A stretch of 64,000 nucleotides of DNA from assembly GCA_963805855.1 (NCBI GenBank), contig CAWDVW010000007.1, positions 1-64,000 on the forward strand, written 5' to 3'. This document shows positions 60,512 to 64,000 of this stretch, piece after piece (the stretch's first letter is position 1; the number at the start of each line of letters is the position of its first letter). A program made the position numbers and the translations under genes. Source of the stretch: Candidatus Dadabacteria bacterium (GTDB lineage Bacteria > Desulfobacterota_D > UBA1144 > Nemesobacterales > CSP1-2). The notes under the pieces are model-generated. The model was not told the DNA's origin. It made no database searches and saw nothing but the letters and a program-made list of their open reading frames with translations.

Positions 60512-61765
60512 ATGGATGATTTAGTAAGAGACGATGTTTTATCCAGGAGGCTCCAAACTCCTAAGTCGGTCACATTAATACTGTTGCTGCTGGTGATCAT
60601 AGGAATAGCGGCCTTTATCTCGCGGATATTGGGCCCAAATCCAGACGGTGCGTGGCAGATTTATCTCGTTAATTTCCTGTTTTGGACTGGTCTTGCTCAG
60701 GCCGGAATAATTTTTTCATGTGCACTTCGTATAACAAATGCAAGGTTTGGGAGGCCTCTAATTCGAATTAGCGAGGGTTTTGGTTCATTTATTCCTGTTT
60801 CTTTCATCTTATTGATTATCCTGTTTCTAGGTAAGGATCATATATTTCCTTATGCAACTGAGCATTTTCACCCCCCCAAGGATGTTTGGCTTAATTTCCC
60901 GTTTGTAATATCCCGGAATCTTGGCGGATTCTTTATTCTGATTATCCTAAGCTTATTCTACGTTTACTATTCATTGAGAATGGATCTGGGCGGGTTTGGA
61001 GATAAGCTGCATGGTATAAGTTCATGGGTAGCTTCTGGTTGGAAGGGAGATGGTGAGAGGGATAGGATCTGGCCTAAGATTAAAAAACTGGCCCCAGCAG
61101 TAGTGCTGGTTTATGCAATTGTATTCAGCCTTTTTGCGTGGGACCTTATGATGTCCCTTGATCCTGAGTGGTATAGCACTCTTTTCGGGCCCTTTTATTT
61201 TGTTGGAAACTTTGTAGCCGCTATCGGTGGTACCATAATCATTTCTTCATTTGTGAGAAAGTACGCTGGTCTTCAGACCTACATTACAAGATCTCAGTAT
61301 CATGACATGGGGAAACTTCTATTGGGCTTCTCCCTATTCTGGGTTTATCTGTTCTTTTCTCAATTTCTACCAATTTGGTATGGTAATATGCCAGAAGAAG
61401 CAGGATTTGTTTACGAGCGTGCGCGTGTTGAGCCGTTCACGACTTTCGGATGGGTTGTTCTATCCTGTTGTTTCATATTTCCTTTTATAACCCTGTTTTC
61501 AAAGACAAACAAGATTGTCATACCCATACTTGTTTTTATAGCGTCCGTTTCCCTTATCGGCTTTTGGCTGGTTGAATATATTCTCGTGATTCCATCCTTT
61601 ACAGATCATATAACCTTCGGGTTGATCCAGATTCTAATTACGCTTGGCTTCCTTTCCGGTTTCCTTCTCACATTCCTTTGGTTTGTAAGGTCGTTTCCAA
61701 TAATACCTTATGGGGATCCTTATTTTATTGGAGGGGCTCATTCACATAATGCTGGAGGACATTGA
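60512..61765 (+). CDS. actF: Alternative complex III subunit F (membrane)
   Basis: 'YLVNFLFWTG', 'DLMMSLDPEWYSTLFG', 'HDMGKLL', 'SQFLPIWYGNMPEE'. Confidence 0.9.
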   Translation: MDDLVRDDVLSRRLQTPKSVTLILLLLVIIGIAAFISRILGPNPDGAWQIYLVNFLFWTGLAQAGIIFSCALRITNARFGRPLIRISEGFGSFIPVSFILLIILFLGKDHIFPYATEHFHPPKDVWLNFPFVISRNLGGFFILIILSLFYVYYSLRMDLGGFGDKLHGISSWVASGWKGDGERDRIWPKIKKLAPAVVLVYAIVFSLFAWDLMMSLDPEWYSTLFGPFYFVGNFVAAIGGTIIISSFVRKYAGLQTYITRSQYHDMGKLLLGFSLFWVYLFFSQFLPIWYGNMPEEAGFVYERARVEPFTTFGWVVLSCCFIFPFITLFSKTNKIVIPILVFIASVSLIGFWLVEYILVIPSFTDHITFGLIQILITLGFLSGFLLTFLWFVRSFPIIPYGDPYFIGGAHSHNAGGH

Positions 61766-61905
61766 TGGAAGAGCATATTGACGTTGTTACTCAATTTGTT
61801 GTGGCGGCACTTTGTATTGGGGTTTTAGGAGCGATTTCAACTATTGCAGCAGTTGCCCTATTCGGCCCCATAATCGCCCCATTGATGAACTATCTCCCCT
61901 GGTAA
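61765..61905 (+). CDS. 46-aa hydrophobic small protein coupled to actF (not in the ORF track)
   Basis: TGATG stop/start overlap, GGAGG at 61754-61758; MEEHIDVVTQFVVAALCIGVLGAISTIAAVALFGPIIAPLMNYLPW. Confidence 0.65.
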   Translation: MEEHIDVVTQFVVAALCIGVLGAISTIAAVALFGPIIAPLMNYLPW

Positions 61906-61961
61906 ACTCGCTCGATCCCCCAACCCTGCATTGATTTAGATTCATGGTGTAATGTACAATG

Positions 61962-61989
61962 GTAGAGACGCAAGATTTTGCGTCTCTAC
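61962..61989. repeat. 28-bp GTAG REP, copy 1
   Basis: GTAGAGACGCAAGATTTTGCGTCTCTAC. Confidence 0.9.
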
Positions 61990-62019
61990 ATAATCCTCAT
62001 ATATAGAGTAGGTAAATTT

Positions 62020-63045
62020 ATGTTGCGAACAAGACTATGCGATCTGTTAGGTATTGAATATCCAATTCTTGCCGCTCCGATGGGATTTGTGACCGGGCCC
62101 GAGCTTGCTGCGGCGGTGAGCAATGCAGGAGGCTTCGGCATTCTTTCTTTTAGCGGAAATCCACCCATCGCGCTTCGAGAGAGGATACGTCGTCTACGTG
62201 GCTTAACCGATAAGCCTTTCGGTGTAAACCTGCTTCAGCACTATCCGATTGAGGAACATTTAAAAGTCTGCCTTGAAGAGGGAGTGCCCGTATTATCATT
62301 TTTCTGGGGGGATCCATCGCCATACATTCAGATGGCTCATGACGAAGGGATAAAGATTATTAACCAGGTTGGTTCTGTAGGTGAGGCAATTAAATCATCC
62401 AGGTCAGGCGTTGATATTATCATAGCGCAGGGTGTCGAGGCCGGTGGTCACATTGCGGGTGAGGTTGCTACTATATCTCTTGTACCTCGTGTGGTTGATG
62501 CTGTTTCACCGGTTCCGGTAGTCGCTGCGGGCGGGATCGCTGATGCCCGGGGACTCGTCGCCGCGCTGGCACTGGGCGCCGAGGGTGTTATGCTCGGCAC
62601 ACGTTTTTTAGCGACCCCTGAATCTTCAGCACATCCAATTTACAAACAAAAGGTCATTGAGGCCACGGAAGGGGATACCGTAAAAACCACTCTTTTTGGG
62701 TATGGCTGGCCTAACGCGCCACATCGCACGCTAAGGACGCCTTTCGTAGAAAAGTGGATAGCACAGGAATCTCGTGGCAACGAGTCACGACCGGATGAGC
62801 CTGTTATCGGAGAGACTAAAATTGGAGATCAGTCAGTTCCGGTGCTCCGTTTTATGGGCTTTCCCCCGAGCATTGACGCTAGTGGTGATATCGAGTCGAT
62901 GAATCTTCTCGCTGGCCAGAGCGCAGGACTGGTCAATGAAATTAAACCGGCGGCCGTAATCGTTCAGGAATTGGTGGAAGGGGCGGAGAAGATTATAAAG
63001 GGGATGAACAGATTTCTGACCAATATGCAAAGTTATACTTACTGA
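62020..63045 (+). CDS. Nitronate monooxygenase family flavoprotein
   Basis: 'LLGIEYPILAAPMG', 'AVSNAGGFG', 'QGVEAGGH', 'AAGGIAD', 'MLGTRF', 'AGQSAG'; ATG 62020 preferred. Confidence 0.92.
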   Translation: MLRTRLCDLLGIEYPILAAPMGFVTGPELAAAVSNAGGFGILSFSGNPPIALRERIRRLRGLTDKPFGVNLLQHYPIEEHLKVCLEEGVPVLSFFWGDPSPYIQMAHDEGIKIINQVGSVGEAIKSSRSGVDIIIAQGVEAGGHIAGEVATISLVPRVVDAVSPVPVVAAGGIADARGLVAALALGAEGVMLGTRFLATPESSAHPIYKQKVIEATEGDTVKTTLFGYGWPNAPHRTLRTPFVEKWIAQESRGNESRPDEPVIGETKIGDQSVPVLRFMGFPPSIDASGDIESMNLLAGQSAGLVNEIKPAAVIVQELVEGAEKIIKGMNRFLTNMQSYTY

Positions 63046-63212
63046 GAATCATTTCTTACATCATTCGATAATAAAATAGGAGACTTCGAAAGTCGTCGTG
63101 TTGCTTATTAATGAATTTTTTTGTGTGACTGAATATCCCTCTAAAGGATTAATTACTTACATAGACCTAATTATATAGCCTAAAATGGTCATTTATGGTG
63201 TAGAATTAGTAT

Positions 63213-63240
63213 GTAGAGACGCAAGATTTTGCGTCTCTAC
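63213..63240. repeat. 28-bp GTAG REP, copy 2
   Basis: Identical to copy 1; 31 nt upstream of the transposase start. Confidence 0.9.
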
Positions 63241-63271
63241 GATCAAAAGAATCTAAGGTGTTTTCATTGCA

Positions 63272-63814
63272 ATGAAATTATATAAAAATAAATTTAGGAT
63301 CGATTCTACTCGTTTAAAAGATTGGGATTATAGTTCTACTGGATATTATTTTGTTACCATTTGTACCAAGACCAAGGAAAAATGTTTTGGCGACGCGGTA
63401 AATGGCGAATTGAATTTAACTCACCTAGGAAAGGTTGCGTGCAAATATTGGCAAGAAATACCTCATCATTTCCCGCATGTAAAATTAGATGCATTTGTTG
63501 TGATGCCTAATCACATTCACGGAATTATTATCATTGAAAATGATGATCAAGTGGTAGAGACGCAAAATTTTGCGTCTCTACAAGAGTTCCAACCAAACAA
63601 ATTCGGCCCACAATCGAAAAATATGGCATCAATAGTTAGAGGTTACAAAATTGGTGTTAAAAAATGGGCAACTATAAACAATATTGCATTTGCTTGGCAA
63701 GAAAGATTTTACGATCATATTATACGCAATGAGGATGATTTAAGTGACATACGCGAATATATCGTCAACAATCCTTTGAATTGGGAGAAAGACGAAGAAA
63801 ATAAGGAAAAATAA
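63272..63814 (+). CDS. REP-associated tyrosine (Y1/HUH) transposase, RAYT/TnpA-REP
   Basis: 'YFVTICT', HUH 'VVMPNHIHGII', 'WQERFYDHIIR', 'REYIVNNP'; flanked by REPs. Confidence 0.92.
   Translation: MKLYKNKFRIDSTRLKDWDYSSTGYYFVTICTKTKEKCFGDAVNGELNLTHLGKVACKYWQEIPHHFPHVKLDAFVVMPNHIHGIIIIENDDQVVETQNFASLQEFQPNKFGPQSKNMASIVRGYKIGVKKWATINNIAFAWQERFYDHIIRNEDDLSDIREYIVNNPLNWEKDEENKEK
63554..63581. repeat. 28-bp REP, copy 3, inside the RAYT CDS
   Basis: GTAGAGACGCAAAATTTTGCGTCTCTAC, a perfect palindrome, translated as VETQNFASL. Confidence 0.9.
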
Positions 63815-63819
63815 AATCC

Positions 63820-63847
63820 GTGGAGACGCAAGATTTTGCGTCTCTAC
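63820..63847. repeat. 28-bp REP, copy 4
   Basis: GTGGAGACGCAAGATTTTGCGTCTCTAC, 5 nt after the RAYT stop. Confidence 0.88.
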
Positions 63848-63865
63848 AGAACCAAGGAGGTCAAA

Positions 63866-64000
63866 ATGGCAAAGGCTAAATCATCAAAGTCGATGCAAAA
63901 AGAAAAGAGTTCTAAGAAGAAGGGCTCATCCCTTAAATTTCAAAACATTCTCTATGAGAAGAAAAAGCGCATAGCACGCGTCACGATTAACCGTGCCGAG
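63866..64000 (+). CDS. Crotonase/enoyl-CoA hydratase family protein, 5' part only (runs off the window)
   Basis: AAGGAGG RBS; MAKAKSSK...FQNILYEKKKRIARVTINRAE. Confidence 0.7.
   Translation, partial: MAKAKSSKSMQKEKSSKKKGSSLKFQNILYEKKKRIARVTINRAE

Noticed and set aside
61978-62019. N-terminal extension of the nitronate monooxygenase
   Set aside because: The track start falls inside the REP; family-like sequence begins at ATG 62020.

Overview
A 64 kb, moderately AT-rich bacterial chromosomal segment made mostly of housekeeping and energy genes. Gene content (xerC-hslV-hslU...argB-argD-argF synteny, alternative complex III, IOR, gshB) looks deltaproteobacteria-like, possibly Ca. Dadabacteria; this is an inference, not a tested result. 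In order: two type II toxin-antitoxin pairs set among short repeats; a vWA/GATase-like membrane protein; coaX; a standalone LigD-type phosphoesterase; a histidine kinase/response regulator/NDP-sugar pyrophosphorylase-PMM operon; a probable copper module (Cys-rich RSPP-ending leader, outer-membrane protein, CopC); an IS200/IS605-type remnant carrying a REP doublet; uvrC; argBDF; xerC-hslVU; a LysM-NlpC/P60 hydrolase; gltB; cysC; iorAB; nfi; gshB; gatCA; rsmI; tRNA-Ser(UGA); an unknown class II aldolase-like protein; a half-length TolC/OprB/glucose dehydrogenase/lactonase cluster; a ZIP transporter; csp; tpx; bioD; a complete actABCDEF operon followed by a 46-aa membrane ORF missing from the ORF track; nitronate monooxygenase; and a RAYT transposase with four 28-bp REPs, one inside its own CDS. 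Three single-base indels (~2702, ~27430, ~40118) most likely reflect assembly errors. Best leads: the CruR/DUF2946-like copper leader system, the repeat-bounded TA cassettes, the RAYT/REP locus, the heptamer-array hairpins, the half-TolC, the aldolase-like orphan and the atypical ACIII. All protein calls come from motif recognition by eye; no database searches were run.
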